A stretch of 64,000 nucleotides of DNA from a virus (taxonomy: Duplodnaviria > Caudoviricetes): positions 96,001-160,000 of IMG/VR virus record IMGVR_UViG_3300005512_000001; one strand, given 5' to 3'. Below the pieces are notes generated by a model, which did no database searches, was not told where the DNA came from, and was given only the letters and a program-made list of their open reading frames with translations. How positions within the stretch are numbered: the stretch's first letter is position 1; every line of letters starts with the position of its first letter. Made by a program: the position numbers and the translations under genes. Below are positions 45,901 to 55,482 of this stretch, piece by piece.

Positions 45901-46373
45901 TTAAACGCCCATTCCAATTCTTTTGTGATAGAAGGATATCTATCTATATGCATTTGCTCTACACGGTCGACTATTTCTGGGAAAATTTCCCGTCGATTGA
46001 GTTCTGGTTTAAAACGTGAGTATCGCGTCATAGTTACATAATCGGCCATCATTTCAGTGTTTGGCTCTATGCGTAATTTAGCTTGCCTATCACTAAAGAG
46101 GATGAAAGCTTCTGCTACCTCATGGTATTGGTAATCCATTAACTTGCGTTTGACAATACCAGTAATAACATCGGTAGCGATTACACCATTATCAGCGGTA
46201 ATAGCAGCCTCATTGATGATAGATTCGATCAGATTTTCAAATTTACCATTTATGTCATGGCCGGTTTCTGCCGCTGACCTTTTAATCCCATACTCAATTT
46301 TAGACTTGTCAAAATCGACTAATGAACCATCACGTTTTGACACCTTTGGTGTAGTTGCAACAGAAGTGGGCAT
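42978..46373 (-). CDS. nrdJ: class II (B12-dependent) ribonucleotide reductase with N-terminal ATP cone and intein
   Basis: KRDGS...FD..KI; PSMRSMQFGG, YNCS, GVGFS, GEPG, NP|CVEI, CNLTE, TCIKPSG, C-terminal CAGGAC. Confidence 0.88.
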   Translation of the reverse strand: MPTSVATTPKVSKRDGSLVDFDKSKIEYGIKRSAAETGHDINGKFENLIESIINEAAITADNGVIATDVITGIVKRKLMDYQYHEVAEAFILFSDRQAKLRIEPNTEMMADYVTMTRYSRFKPELNRREIFPEIVDRVEQMHIDRYPSITKELEWAFNKVRAKQVLPSMRSMQFGGPAMEANNAKGYNCSFSIINRARAFSEAFWLLLSGTGVGFSVQFQHIDQLEPVKFIDKKNVIHHIVPDTIEGWADAAHELIRSYLRTGVYVEFAYNKIRPQGALLKTSGGRAPGHLPLKSSLNNVRKVLENAQGRQLKPIECYDIMCMLANAVYAGGIREAAMICLFSLDDGEMMNSKTGNWYSTHPWRARANNSVVLHRKDIKKRQFCRIFKATEQWGEPGFYFTDDEDTGANPCVTGDTWVSTDDGLKQVCDLLDVPFKAVVDGKKFKSNGFFPTGSKQVLRVEMKSGRHIDITANHKVMTNNGWQSVGNLMVGDNIKLHDHSSHSASNQYSDEKEWGKGLVLGWFIGDGNIVKRARGNSAQIKFWGDDKYQDRVFANDILQKSGLNSENHPNYSREKFSKAIIANPYVQSESKKLYNLAVSYHLFRDLNLKGGGKHISDQLLKSSKSLLRGFLTGYFDADGTVTIASKGRYSIRLCSNQLDNLKKVQLILSYFGIKSNIAKERHAERRIPMPNGHGGYKKVICAATHDLIISGKSIKRFASQVGFSNAQKAKKLEEIKDNNFWSDNIYDTIKSIDHIGIHPVYDCTVPGPSAFDANGLYVHNCVEIGMNPKLTITPELKMSLSKWAASTNRKLPNLKVNATHWGWQMCNLTEVNVSDVDNEQELYERVKAAAIIGTAQAGYTDFKYLGWVSEAVCNKEALLGVSMTGVMDNPDIALNPEIQRNAAQVAVETNIDIANRIGINTAARVTCIKPSGSASIVLGAVGSGIHTHHAEKYFRRVRANPDCPVYKHFKNKNPHMCISVDARKDLITFPIKAPENAITRHDLTAIEFLEKVLMTQRNWVIPGTAKPNSSPGVTHNVSNTITVKQDEWDDVKEFLWRHRKFFSGVSMLPDTGDKEYVNAPREEVKTESDKTIWQNLINNSQSIDWTKFREEDDNTTLRSEKACAGGACLIE
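44034..45143 (-). mobile_element. 370-aa intein with LAGLIDADG endonuclease, inserted at the RNR NPC active site
   Basis: CVTGDT...ITANH...LGWFIGDG...FLTGYFDADG...VYDCTVPG...VHN|C. Confidence 0.95.
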
Positions 46374-46590
46374 CTATGGCCTTCCTATATCTATGTAAGT
46401 ATTTCTATTAATTAGACTTAAGTATTTTCGAACTGTCTTCCACATGGCCGCTGGGTTTATTTTTGAGCAACCGATATGTTAGGCACATTATTGTTCTCTG
46501 AACCCTGTCCCGAGCGTTTAGAATACTATCCGAAAAATCATAAAGTATTTAATACAAACACGAGATCTACTAATTTTCGAGGATGAAAGA

Positions 46591-46884
46591 ATGAATAATT
46601 GCCCTGAACCTGTAAGTGGGGCTGTGCCACAAGATAGCCCACTTACTATTATTACTACTAAGATTAAACAGGCTAATTTATTTTCTATAGAATTAATAAA
46701 GCAAGCAGAATCTATATTACAAGTTCTCGATCGTAAGCTGCTTGGCAATCAAGCAACTGACGACGATTGTAAAGACAATCTTAAATCGATTGATGAAGAA
46801 TATATTATGCCGTATTTATGTGATACAGAAGCAAATCTTGGAAAGCTAGAAGCAATAATAATAAAGATAGCAGCACTAATCTAA
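46591..46884 (+). CDS. hypothetical helical protein
   Basis: GAGGA RBS; GTATTTAA upstream. Confidence 0.55.
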   Translation: MNNCPEPVSGAVPQDSPLTIITTKIKQANLFSIELIKQAESILQVLDRKLLGNQATDDDCKDNLKSIDEEYIMPYLCDTEANLGKLEAIIIKIAALI

Positions 46885-46914
46885 AGCAAAACTAAGACGC
46901 GCAAAATAGCAAAA

Positions 46915-46983
46915 CAATTACGAAACTCAGCAATTACGAAACTCAGCAATTACGAAACTCAGCAATTACGAAACTCAGCAATT
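46915..46983. repeat. 16-bp perfect tandem repeat CAATTACGAAACTCAG x4.3
   Basis: seen directly; intergenic; no spacers. Confidence 0.95.
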
Positions 46984-46984
46984 T

Positions 46985-47371
46985 GTTCGCAGCAGAAGTG
47001 TTAAAAGGCCACGATCGGCATAAAGACAGCTCGCCGTCCAGAAGATGGCAGCGGTGAAATCCAATGATGATAGAGTGCCCGGTGGCCTCTTTTTACCAGG
47101 TAAAAGCCACCATAAAGAAGCGCAGGATCCCCTGGCCGACCAGAACCGTTAGGTTGGTGCAACGGGCCTATCGTTGGTTAGTACCCTAAGGATTAGAAAT
47201 TAGGCTCTACTAAGGAGCTGGAGAGAATCCGGCTGTAACCGAAAGTTCTTAAGTTGGCCACACTTAAAGGGTGAGGTGCGCTGGTACGGTATGGCCCCTC
47301 AGCCTGTGGTGGGTAGTTCACTATACTTAGAATATCCTTTCTTTTCTTTGTGAAACCTACCCCTGCGCAAC
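46985..47371 (+). ncRNA. ~390-nt structured non-coding element, family unassigned
   Basis: GC-richer ORF-free island with about 7 local stems, several needing G-U pairs on the plus strand, plus long-range GCGCAGG/CCTGCGC. Confidence 0.6.
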
Positions 47372-47462
47372 TAAAGGAGACCTGACTATTCTGATTGTAT
47401 TTAATGTTGGGAAAGATTACTAAAGCATTAAAGCATTAAAGAACTCAATAATCGGAGATACG

Positions 47463-48137
47463 ATGAGAGTACCAATTCGTGATGCGGATAGGTTCTTTGT
47501 TGAACTTGATGAGATAGAAAAAATACACTCATACAATATTGATATTAGAAATAGGGAAATATTCATATCTGGGGAGGATGGGCTTGACCCAGATATAGAG
47601 CCTGGCGTTAATTATATTATGTCTGCTAGGTTGATACGTAATCTCCGAATATTAGTTAATCGCAGTAATAAGCCAATATTAATTCATATGAAAACATGTG
47701 GGGGCAGTTGGAACGAGGGGATGGCCATGTATGATGCAATCAAATCATGTCCAACCCATGTTACTATATTGAACTATACTCACGCACGTAGTATGAGTTC
47801 ATTGATATTGCAAGCTGCAGACAGACGAGTTATGATGCCACATTCTGAATTTATGTTTCATCATGGGACATATAGCGATGACGGCGAGATGGTAACTGTT
47901 ATGTCCAACTTAGATTGGTACCGGCGCACAATAGATGTTATGTGCGGCATCTATGTTGATGTTATGAAGGAAACTCCAGGCAGTAAATGGGTAAAGGTTT
48001 CAAAAGATAAGATTAGGCAATGGCTGGATGAGCAGATGGAAAAGAAAAATGATGTATTTATGTCTGCCGAAGATGCTGTGTGCAATGGGTTTGCTGATGC
48101 GGTATTCGACAATGATTGGGGAAAGTTAGTTGGATGA
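47463..48137 (+). CDS. clpP: ClpP-family serine protease
   Basis: REIFISG, TCGGS...GMAMYD, ARSMSS, FMFH, FMSAEDA...GFAD. Confidence 0.88.
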   Translation: MRVPIRDADRFFVELDEIEKIHSYNIDIRNREIFISGEDGLDPDIEPGVNYIMSARLIRNLRILVNRSNKPILIHMKTCGGSWNEGMAMYDAIKSCPTHVTILNYTHARSMSSLILQAADRRVMMPHSEFMFHHGTYSDDGEMVTVMSNLDWYRRTIDVMCGIYVDVMKETPGSKWVKVSKDKIRQWLDEQMEKKNDVFMSAEDAVCNGFADAVFDNDWGKLVG

Positions 48138-48724
48138 TTGTTTCAAAGAAGCACAAGTTTGCTTTTGTACATATTCCGAAAACTGGTGGGACTTCTATTA
48201 CGTTGATGCTTAAGCCATATCTTGGTAGTGGGCCGACCCATGGCCGAGGGTGGCAAAAGGCATATCATAAATATGAATTACATTCCCCATTAATGCCATT
48301 TAATCATATGGGTAATTATTTTAAATTCGCATTTGTTAGAAATCCGTGGGATTGGCTGGTCTCGTTATATCATACTGGTGCGATTAATAGGATGATAGGC
48401 CGAGCTAAAAGGGCTAAAAAACCAGCATGGAATGAATTAATACGAATGATAAATGCTGGGGCTGTGTCAGTTAGATGCCAATCAACATGGCTCAAATGCC
48501 ATGCTGTGTCAGTTGATTATGTTGCAAGATTTGAACAATATGAAAAAGAAGTAGCATATATCTTTAACCGATTGGGACTTAAGTACAAAAATATACCACA
48601 TAGATTGAACAATGGAAGGAAGCGGCAACATTATACTGAATGGTATGATGCTAATAGCCGACGGGTGATTGGGCGGCTGTTTAAACATGATATAACTGCT
48701 TTTAAATATAAATTTGGGAAATAA
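48134..48724 (+). CDS. sulfotransferase family 2
   Basis: FVHIPKTGGTSI, FAFVRNPWDWLVSLY, VARFE. Confidence 0.88.
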   Translation: MIVSKKHKFAFVHIPKTGGTSITLMLKPYLGSGPTHGRGWQKAYHKYELHSPLMPFNHMGNYFKFAFVRNPWDWLVSLYHTGAINRMIGRAKRAKKPAWNELIRMINAGAVSVRCQSTWLKCHAVSVDYVARFEQYEKEVAYIFNRLGLKYKNIPHRLNNGRKRQHYTEWYDANSRRVIGRLFKHDITAFKYKFGK

Positions 48725-48732
48725 TAATAATA

Positions 48733-48951
48733 ATGTTACAATTATTAAAAAAATGGCTAAAGCGTGAGACTCATGTGTTTGTACATTTTGATGGCCCTAT
48801 AAATATAAATATTTCCGGCGAGTATACAAGTTCACAAAATGCAAGTATTTTAAAACAAGGTACGAACGCTGAAGATGATGTTCAGGTTGAGCCAGTATTA
48901 GGCAATATTGAGCTACCTGTGGCAGACTTCGGACAGAACATTAAAGGTTAG
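48733..48951 (+). CDS. hypothetical protein
   Basis: 72-aa ORF in operon. Confidence 0.55.
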   Translation: MLQLLKKWLKRETHVFVHFDGPININISGEYTSSQNASILKQGTNAEDDVQVEPVLGNIELPVADFGQNIKG

Positions 48952-48953
48952 AT

Positions 48954-50018
48954 ATGGCCACTGAATACAATAGAATCGGATTAGACCTTGGGACCAAAAC
49001 CATTGTGTGTGCGATCAGGTCTGGTGATGGTAGACTTACATTTCGCAAAGAAATAAATGGATTTTTTGTGTTTCCTAAGAAAGATGCGTTCACTAGGAAT
49101 ATGTTAGTGAAGCAGAAGATTCCGTTTATAGAGCGAGATGGGAGATTTATTGCCCTCGGGTCTAGGGCGGAACAATTTGCGTATGCGATTAACTCGACAT
49201 TACGTAGGCCAATGGCTGAAGGCACTGTTAGTAGAGAACAAGAGGCCATAAATATTATGGCTTCGATTGTTCAAGCACTTATTGGCAAGCTTGAAAAAGA
49301 TACGATTTTATATTATTGCATCCCAGCAAACGCACTTAATAAACAGACGAATGTGCAATACCATGATAAGGTTGCTAGGTTGATATTTGATAGTTATAAG
49401 AGGTCCGAAGTCACAATTAATGCATACTCAATTAATGAGGCTAGGGCGATTGCAATTGGCAGTGACGAACCTTTAGCGGTTGCAATCTCTTGGGGCGCTG
49501 GCATGATTAATACATGCTATACGATGTTTGGTGTGCCGATATTTGAATTCTCGTTGGTGGGGTCAGGTGACTGGATTGATACTGAAGCTGCAAAGCAATT
49601 TGGTTACAATCCTGATAACCCAACTCAGAAATCTCAAGAAACTCCTACTAGTATTTGCCATCGGAAGCATGATATTGATTTGACAGTTCCTTTGAAAGAA
49701 GCTAATAGGGTTGACCAAGCAATAATGTTGCATTACCAGCTTCTGATTGAGAATGTCATTAATGGCATTATTAATGGATTTGAAAGCAACATCGATAAAG
49801 CCAGAATCGAGCAACCAGTTCCAATCATAATGGCTGGTGGCACAGCTTCACCTGTTGGCTTCAAGGAATACTTCACTCAAATCCTTAACAATCATACATT
49901 GCCGTTTGAGGTATCTGAAGTTAAATTGAGCCCAAAACCTTTGTTTGCAGTCGCAGAAGGCTGCCTTGTTGCCGCTGAGATGCATGAAGTTGAGGAATCA
50001 GAAGAGGCAGAAGGTTAG
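48954..50018 (+). CDS. actin-like ATPase (ParM/MreB/MamK fold)
   Basis: IGLDLGT, INEARA, ISWGAGMIN, GSGDWID, MAGGTA, AVAEG. Confidence 0.85.
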   Translation: MATEYNRIGLDLGTKTIVCAIRSGDGRLTFRKEINGFFVFPKKDAFTRNMLVKQKIPFIERDGRFIALGSRAEQFAYAINSTLRRPMAEGTVSREQEAINIMASIVQALIGKLEKDTILYYCIPANALNKQTNVQYHDKVARLIFDSYKRSEVTINAYSINEARAIAIGSDEPLAVAISWGAGMINTCYTMFGVPIFEFSLVGSGDWIDTEAAKQFGYNPDNPTQKSQETPTSICHRKHDIDLTVPLKEANRVDQAIMLHYQLLIENVINGIINGFESNIDKARIEQPVPIIMAGGTASPVGFKEYFTQILNNHTLPFEVSEVKLSPKPLFAVAEGCLVAAEMHEVEESEEAEG

Positions 50019-50593
50019 AACTTAGGTTTTTTAATCATTGACTTTAGACTTTGCGGCGATTTGACCTTCAGTAGATTCCATACTTTTGACATTTCAGAAT
50101 CCACATCGTCTAATAGTGATTCATACCGAACCATAGCAGATTTTCTCGGATATTCTTTACAGAACATAGAGAATCGATTGTTCATCAATTGGTGAAATGG
50201 TTTGTATATTTCTTCCGGTATAAAGCCGCGTTTTATATTGGCATCTTCTTTTTTATATGACCTATAATTACTATCGGCATTCCTAGAAATAAATATAAAT
50301 CTAGCTTCTGGAAATAGTCTCTCAAGCCATACCCATTCCAACGCATCTATTCCTGGGTTTAGGACTAATTTGGCACCTGACCACTTTGGTAATTTGTCGA
50401 ATGATTCTAAAACTTTAGTATGATATGGTGAGTTTTTATATCTTCGAATCTTCAATAATTGAGCCGCATGCAAAATTTCATGCGGCTCGAACAACACTTT
50501 TTTGACCTGTGGTGATTTAGCAACTAGGTTCCTAAATATTGATGTCCCACTTCTTCTAAGACCTATTAAGAAAAATTTTCCAATCCCAATCAT
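50015..50593 (-). CDS. sulfotransferase-like protein
   Basis: FLIGLRRSGTS, FEP, FPEARFIFISRN, VRYESL. Confidence 0.85.
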   Translation of the reverse strand: MIGIGKFFLIGLRRSGTSIFRNLVAKSPQVKKVLFEPHEILHAAQLLKIRRYKNSPYHTKVLESFDKLPKWSGAKLVLNPGIDALEWVWLERLFPEARFIFISRNADSNYRSYKKEDANIKRGFIPEEIYKPFHQLMNNRFSMFCKEYPRKSAMVRYESLLDDVDSEMSKVWNLLKVKSPQSLKSMIKKPKF

Positions 50594-50649
50594 ATTATAT
50601 TTACACCTGATATATTAGTAAAGGTAAATATAATATTTGGAGAGAAGTT

Positions 50650-51309
50650 ATGATTCCTATGCAATTCACGGGCACAGAATGCGTCAGACCCAAATTAAAT
50701 GAAGCTAGTTATATGTCATTTCATGAAAATTTGGTTGGTGTTGATTGGGGAGCATCAACATTGTTTTTGAACATAGACCCTCTTCCAAAGGGTGCTGATC
50801 CCACTAAGGTCATCGAAGTTGCCGAGAAATTTTTTGGGACTGTTAAACCTAGAATCACACGTAAACCGAATGCGACTGCGGCGCTACAATGGTGTTGGTT
50901 ACAACCAACTGAACCATACTTCTTTCATCTACAAGCAGATTGGGCATTAAGAAAGAAATTTAATATACGAAGCATGATTAAGCTTCTGGTAAAACAGAAA
51001 TTAATAGCAGTTAATTTGCGTTGTTATAGCAAAAAGAAGTTTGAACTATGTCTGTCGCCATCATTGGTTCGCACGCGAGAAGCTAAAAGAATTGCAAGGG
51101 CTTTGAGGCTGGATTGGAATGCAGAACGGCAACTTAGGAAGAGAAAGAAGAATAATCCGAATGGCCGCGATTTACAAGGCAAAATGCGGTCTATACATAT
51201 TCCGCCAAGAGGCAAAGTAATATTCGATATTGGCCGAGCATGGCTTAACGAACACAATTATAAGCGTAATGATGGGTGTAATTTCACCACTTGGGCTAAT
51301 AAGAGATGA
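50650..51309 (+). CDS. GT-A glycosyltransferase-like protein
   Basis: RP....SF..NL, NIDPLP, FFHLQADW, LSPS, DIGR.W; paralog of 57070-57711. Confidence 0.7.
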   Translation: MIPMQFTGTECVRPKLNEASYMSFHENLVGVDWGASTLFLNIDPLPKGADPTKVIEVAEKFFGTVKPRITRKPNATAALQWCWLQPTEPYFFHLQADWALRKKFNIRSMIKLLVKQKLIAVNLRCYSKKKFELCLSPSLVRTREAKRIARALRLDWNAERQLRKRKKNNPNGRDLQGKMRSIHIPPRGKVIFDIGRAWLNEHNYKRNDGCNFTTWANKR

Positions 51310-52178
51310 TAGTTGCTGTTGAATCTAGACACAAAATAGGTATCTTAAACCAGATTAGCAAGTCTCTTGATGCTGCTGGGTTTAAAGTTGTTAGGTATGC
51401 CAGCCCGATGCATGATAACTTTGCTGTTGTGCCGAATTGCGATGTTACAATTGTGTTTAATGGCACACATCATAAATATTGTAAGATTATTAAAAATGCT
51501 AAAAAACGCGGCATTAAGATATTATATGTCGAGCTAGGTTGGCTGCCACAACGTCAATATAGGCAACTTGATTTTAGCGGGATAAATGCTGATGCTTCAT
51601 GGGTAAATGATGAGCTACCAGAATCAAAACATGTACCTTTAAAAATTCGTAGTGGTGGTATATTAGTGCCGCTGCAAAATGATAATGACACATCTATAAA
51701 ATCACATTCACCGTGGTTTGGAAATATGTTTAAATTTTTGCAACACTTAATAAGTTGTTCTACTATGCATATAAAAGTCCGTAAGCACCCTAGACATATT
51801 AAAAAAACAGACCCAAGAGTCATCAAATTAGTTAATAGAAATAAAAAAACTAGTTGGGACTCATCTGGATCGTTTGCAGAGGCAGTACGGTCCGTTAGGG
51901 CTGTAGCTACTATAAATAGCACATCTGGCTTAGAAGCTATAGAAATGGGGTACCCAGTATTGTGTTTTGGTCATGCGATGTATAGAAGGAGCGATGTTTC
52001 GATATGTTTATCAAATAATGTAAAGAACACTATTAAGGCAATAAAAACTATAGAGCGTGGCGATGTTAATCTTAATGGTGGCAATTTAAAATCGTTTATA
52101 AAACTTGTAAAGTCGAAACAAGTATTGTTTGCTGATGTTGCTACTAGGGTGGTTGAGATGTTGGGTGGTTTGTCATGA
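51306..52178 (+). CDS. KpsS/KpsC-like capsule (ulosonate) glycosyltransferase
   Basis: YVELGWLP, GINA, VPLQ..D, RKHPR, TINSTSGLEA. Confidence 0.8.
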   Translation: MIVAVESRHKIGILNQISKSLDAAGFKVVRYASPMHDNFAVVPNCDVTIVFNGTHHKYCKIIKNAKKRGIKILYVELGWLPQRQYRQLDFSGINADASWVNDELPESKHVPLKIRSGGILVPLQNDNDTSIKSHSPWFGNMFKFLQHLISCSTMHIKVRKHPRHIKKTDPRVIKLVNRNKKTSWDSSGSFAEAVRSVRAVATINSTSGLEAIEMGYPVLCFGHAMYRRSDVSICLSNNVKNTIKAIKTIERGDVNLNGGNLKSFIKLVKSKQVLFADVATRVVEMLGGLS

Positions 52179-52951
52179 AATGGTTTTATCAAGATGTTAG
52201 GTGGGGCCTTGGTAATTTTGTGATGGCTACTCCTGCGCTTAGATTAAAATCTGCTAATGATAAGGCGAACATTAAGGTGTTTTTTGGGTCGCCTCATGTT
52301 GGCGATTTATTTGATTATTGCCCGTTTATAAAAAGATTGCATCAAAAACCTGCGGGACCTCCTACTATGCAAATAAGATGCCCCAAGAGGCATGCTGGTG
52401 AGACTGATGCAGAGGCTTGGTGTAGAATATTGTGTGGACACATACCAAAGCCGATGCCAAATACATATGTTGACCGAACTATAACAAAGAGGTTAAATAA
52501 GGTCACAGGAAAGCGGTATATAGCAATTTTTCATGGCTGCTTGAATATGAAAGCTGGGCCGATTGCTAAAAAAGATATTGGTGGGTATGCCAGGCAACAC
52601 ATGATTAATGCAGTATTAAATCGTTCTATGATTCCAGTATTATTGGGTAGCGTAGAAGATTTAAAACGGTTTTGGTGCGATATAAACACAAAAAAATGTG
52701 TTAATTACGTCGGGAAATTATCTTTGAAAGATAGTACCAGCATCCTTGCACAATGTGATAATTTTATGTCGAATGATACTGGTCTATATCATGTGGCTGG
52801 TGCACTAGAAGTTCCAGGGCTGGTTATATGGCGTAAAACTGATATGCTGAAGAATCGGGCTGTTTTTGGTGATATTAAGCATGTTGTGAGTAAGGATATT
52901 AAATTTAAGCATTTGAGATCACATATTGATAAGTATTTGGATTCGCTATGA
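52175..52951 (+). CDS. GT9 (heptosyltransferase-like) glycosyltransferase
   Basis: GLGNFVMATPAL, GKLSL, SNDTGLYHVAGAL.VP. Confidence 0.85.
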   Translation: MKWFYQDVRWGLGNFVMATPALRLKSANDKANIKVFFGSPHVGDLFDYCPFIKRLHQKPAGPPTMQIRCPKRHAGETDAEAWCRILCGHIPKPMPNTYVDRTITKRLNKVTGKRYIAIFHGCLNMKAGPIAKKDIGGYARQHMINAVLNRSMIPVLLGSVEDLKRFWCDINTKKCVNYVGKLSLKDSTSILAQCDNFMSNDTGLYHVAGALEVPGLVIWRKTDMLKNRAVFGDIKHVVSKDIKFKHLRSHIDKYLDSL

Positions 52952-53925
52952 ATATAGTATTCTTAAGGGGTGCAGTGCCCCCGAAATCAGAACACCCTGA
53001 AAAGCTATTATACAATGAGATTGATGATTGCGAAGATGCATGGACGCAGTTATTTTATCGCTTGACGAAGCTGCTTAATGCGAATGGCCAGTTATTATAT
53101 CAAGGTAAATTTAGGCGTTTTGTAGTTGATGAGTCATTTATCGAAATATGGGTGCCATCTTTTGGGAAATATGTTCCAGACACTAAACCAGACCTGATTA
53201 TATGTCGTGGTGGGTTCCCGTACTATGATGCGTTTGTAAAGATGTTTCCAAACGCAGTTAAGATATATTATGGCGCTGGGAAGCGATTTTATCCAACTAG
53301 ATATGATAACTACAATTTATTTTTAGTTGATTCTAGAAAACAATTAAAAACTATTAGGGCTAAGCACAAAAGGGCTGCTTTATTTATCAAGCCAGCTGCC
53401 ACCTTATTCAAACCAGTCAATGTCGAAAAGAAATACGACATATGCTTCGTGGCAAATGCTGGGCAGGCTAAAATCAAACGACACAACTTGTTTCTTAGGG
53501 CATTTGCTGGGTCGCGATTTAAAATTCTAAACCTTGGTAATACCAATAAGAAATTAATCGCATTAGCAAAAGAGCTGAAAGTCGATATTGAATGGGGTGG
53601 ATGGTCTTTGCGAAAGGACTTGCCACGTAAGATATCACAATGCAAAGTCGGTGTCTGTTGCTCTACTAATTATGACTCGTGCCCACGTGTGATACCGGAG
53701 TATTTAGCATGTGGTATACCAATTGTGGCGACTAAAAACATGAATTTTTGGCACGAGAAATATATCACACCAGCTACTGGCATATTGGCATCTGAAAACA
53801 AATTACTTGCAGCAACTAAACAAGCACTAGCAATAAAATCAGACGTACGACATTATTATGATCAAAATCTATCCTTAGATGCAGCTTCAAAATATCTTGC
53901 TGGTGTAGTCCAGGAAATATTATGA
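52948..53925 (+). CDS. GT-B (GT4-like) glycosyltransferase
   Basis: KKYDICFVA, KRH, DSCPRVIPEYLACGIPIV. Confidence 0.82.
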   Translation: MNIVFLRGAVPPKSEHPEKLLYNEIDDCEDAWTQLFYRLTKLLNANGQLLYQGKFRRFVVDESFIEIWVPSFGKYVPDTKPDLIICRGGFPYYDAFVKMFPNAVKIYYGAGKRFYPTRYDNYNLFLVDSRKQLKTIRAKHKRAALFIKPAATLFKPVNVEKKYDICFVANAGQAKIKRHNLFLRAFAGSRFKILNLGNTNKKLIALAKELKVDIEWGGWSLRKDLPRKISQCKVGVCCSTNYDSCPRVIPEYLACGIPIVATKNMNFWHEKYITPATGILASENKLLAATKQALAIKSDVRHYYDQNLSLDAASKYLAGVVQEIL

Positions 53926-54833
53926 GAATTATTTTTAATGCACATCGTGTTGGATTTGGCAATAATGGTGGTAGTAGGACGCTTATTAGGTGTGGGGAAA
54001 CATTGTCGTCGATGGGCAATGAAGTTGTGATGTTTGGTGCGAATAAGTATTCATGGCATAAACCCAGAGGCATAAAGTTTATAAATTGCAGTATATGCCC
54101 AAAATGCGATGTAGTTGTGGCTACAGGGTATCGTAGCGTTCATAGTACTATGTGCACAGATGCTAGTAAAAAATTTTATTATATCCGAGGCTTGGAATTG
54201 TGGGCCGCAAAAGAGTCTCAATTATTGAAGTCTTTTAAATCCTTAGAATGTGTTGTCAATAGCCAATGGTTATATGGGTTTTTAAAAGAACATGGAATAC
54301 AGTCCCGTATAATTTATCAAGGCGTTGATTTTAATAGGTTTTATGACTTAGGCATACCCAGAGATGGGATGGGGTCATTATTTCACCGAAAACACAAAAC
54401 TAAAAGACATGTTGATGCCAACATAGTGGCTGGCATAGCAAATTGTAGTCTAAAATTATTGAATAAAGACATAAAAAATGCGAATGATGCGCAACTAAAT
54501 AATTGGTATAATTCAGTGAAAGTTTGGTTCGCACCAACTGAGCTAGAAGGGCTGCATAATCCGCCGATGGAAGCAGCATTATCTGGTTGTGCTTTAGTAT
54601 GTAGTGATCACCATAGAAATGGCATGGCAGATTATGCTATTGATGGGAAGACTGCACTAGTTTACCCAGCACGTAATTTACAAGTCGCGTCGAAACATGT
54701 ACGACAATTGTTGAATGATGATGACTTGAGGCAGAAGTTGAATACAAACTTGGTAAATCTTTTAAAAAATAAAATAGGTACCAGAATTGCGAATATGCGG
54801 AAATTATTGAAAGTATTTACAAATGAAGGTTGA
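53922..54833 (+). CDS. GT4 glycosyltransferase
   Basis: NNGGSR, NSQWL, QGVD, EGLHNPPMEAALSG. Confidence 0.88.
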   Translation: MRIIFNAHRVGFGNNGGSRTLIRCGETLSSMGNEVVMFGANKYSWHKPRGIKFINCSICPKCDVVVATGYRSVHSTMCTDASKKFYYIRGLELWAAKESQLLKSFKSLECVVNSQWLYGFLKEHGIQSRIIYQGVDFNRFYDLGIPRDGMGSLFHRKHKTKRHVDANIVAGIANCSLKLLNKDIKNANDAQLNNWYNSVKVWFAPTELEGLHNPPMEAALSGCALVCSDHHRNGMADYAIDGKTALVYPARNLQVASKHVRQLLNDDDLRQKLNTNLVNLLKNKIGTRIANMRKLLKVFTNEG

Positions 54834-55482
54834 AAGTCGAGGGCGAAGTGATTTAGAAATACTTAGAGACAATGAGTGTTTTTTTAATAACGCACTAAAT
54901 GATAATGGTGATTACCATTTGTTGATGGGTAGTTGTTATGTTGATCATATATTTAATCTAACTAATAAATATAAATGGTATCTATGTAGAATAATAAATG
55001 TCAGAAGGCATTTACCACAATTAGTGGAATTTTGCAAGTTAACACCAATTGGTGTGTTGTTCGTGACAGCCTTAGGCAATGCGATGGCGATATTGACTAA
55101 AAAACAACTAAGGATTCATCCGCCGTTGTGGCGGAAAGTTGTTGATGATATCGACAAAATTGGAGCCCCAGTATTAATGATTGATATGCCGGCCGCATTC
55201 CATCGTTGTAATATTAATAAAAAAGGATTTTTAAAATTTGCAGCAAGAAGACGCGAAGAATATAAATCATATGTTGTTGGAAAACGCCATAACATCACAC
55301 ATATTGACCTTATGGATTTTGTTAGCCATAAATATAGTGACATAATCGAAAATCGCGATAACAGTCGTCGCACTAAAGCACCATGGCACATCGGGGAATG
55401 CACTTTACGACATATTGTGAAAGCATATGATATGTTTATGAATGGGCGACTTGACCCGAGCTACTTTAACCGATTGTGTTGA
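54823..55482 (+). CDS. hypothetical protein (possible SGNH-like fold)
   Basis: LMGSC near N-terminus, PWH near C-terminus. Confidence 0.5.
   Translation: MKVESRGRSDLEILRDNECFFNNALNDNGDYHLLMGSCYVDHIFNLTNKYKWYLCRIINVRRHLPQLVEFCKLTPIGVLFVTALGNAMAILTKKQLRIHPPLWRKVVDDIDKIGAPVLMIDMPAAFHRCNINKKGFLKFAARRREEYKSYVVGKRHNITHIDLMDFVSHKYSDIIENRDNSRRTKAPWHIGECTLRHIVKAYDMFMNGRLDPSYFNRLC

Noticed and set aside
46915-46983. CRISPR array
   Set aside because: The 16-bp units are contiguous with no spacers, and no cas genes are in the window.
46985-47371. Group I/II intron, RNase P or tmRNA identity
   Set aside because: No interrupted gene, and no recognisable domain V, P4 or tRNA-like ends by eye; left unassigned.
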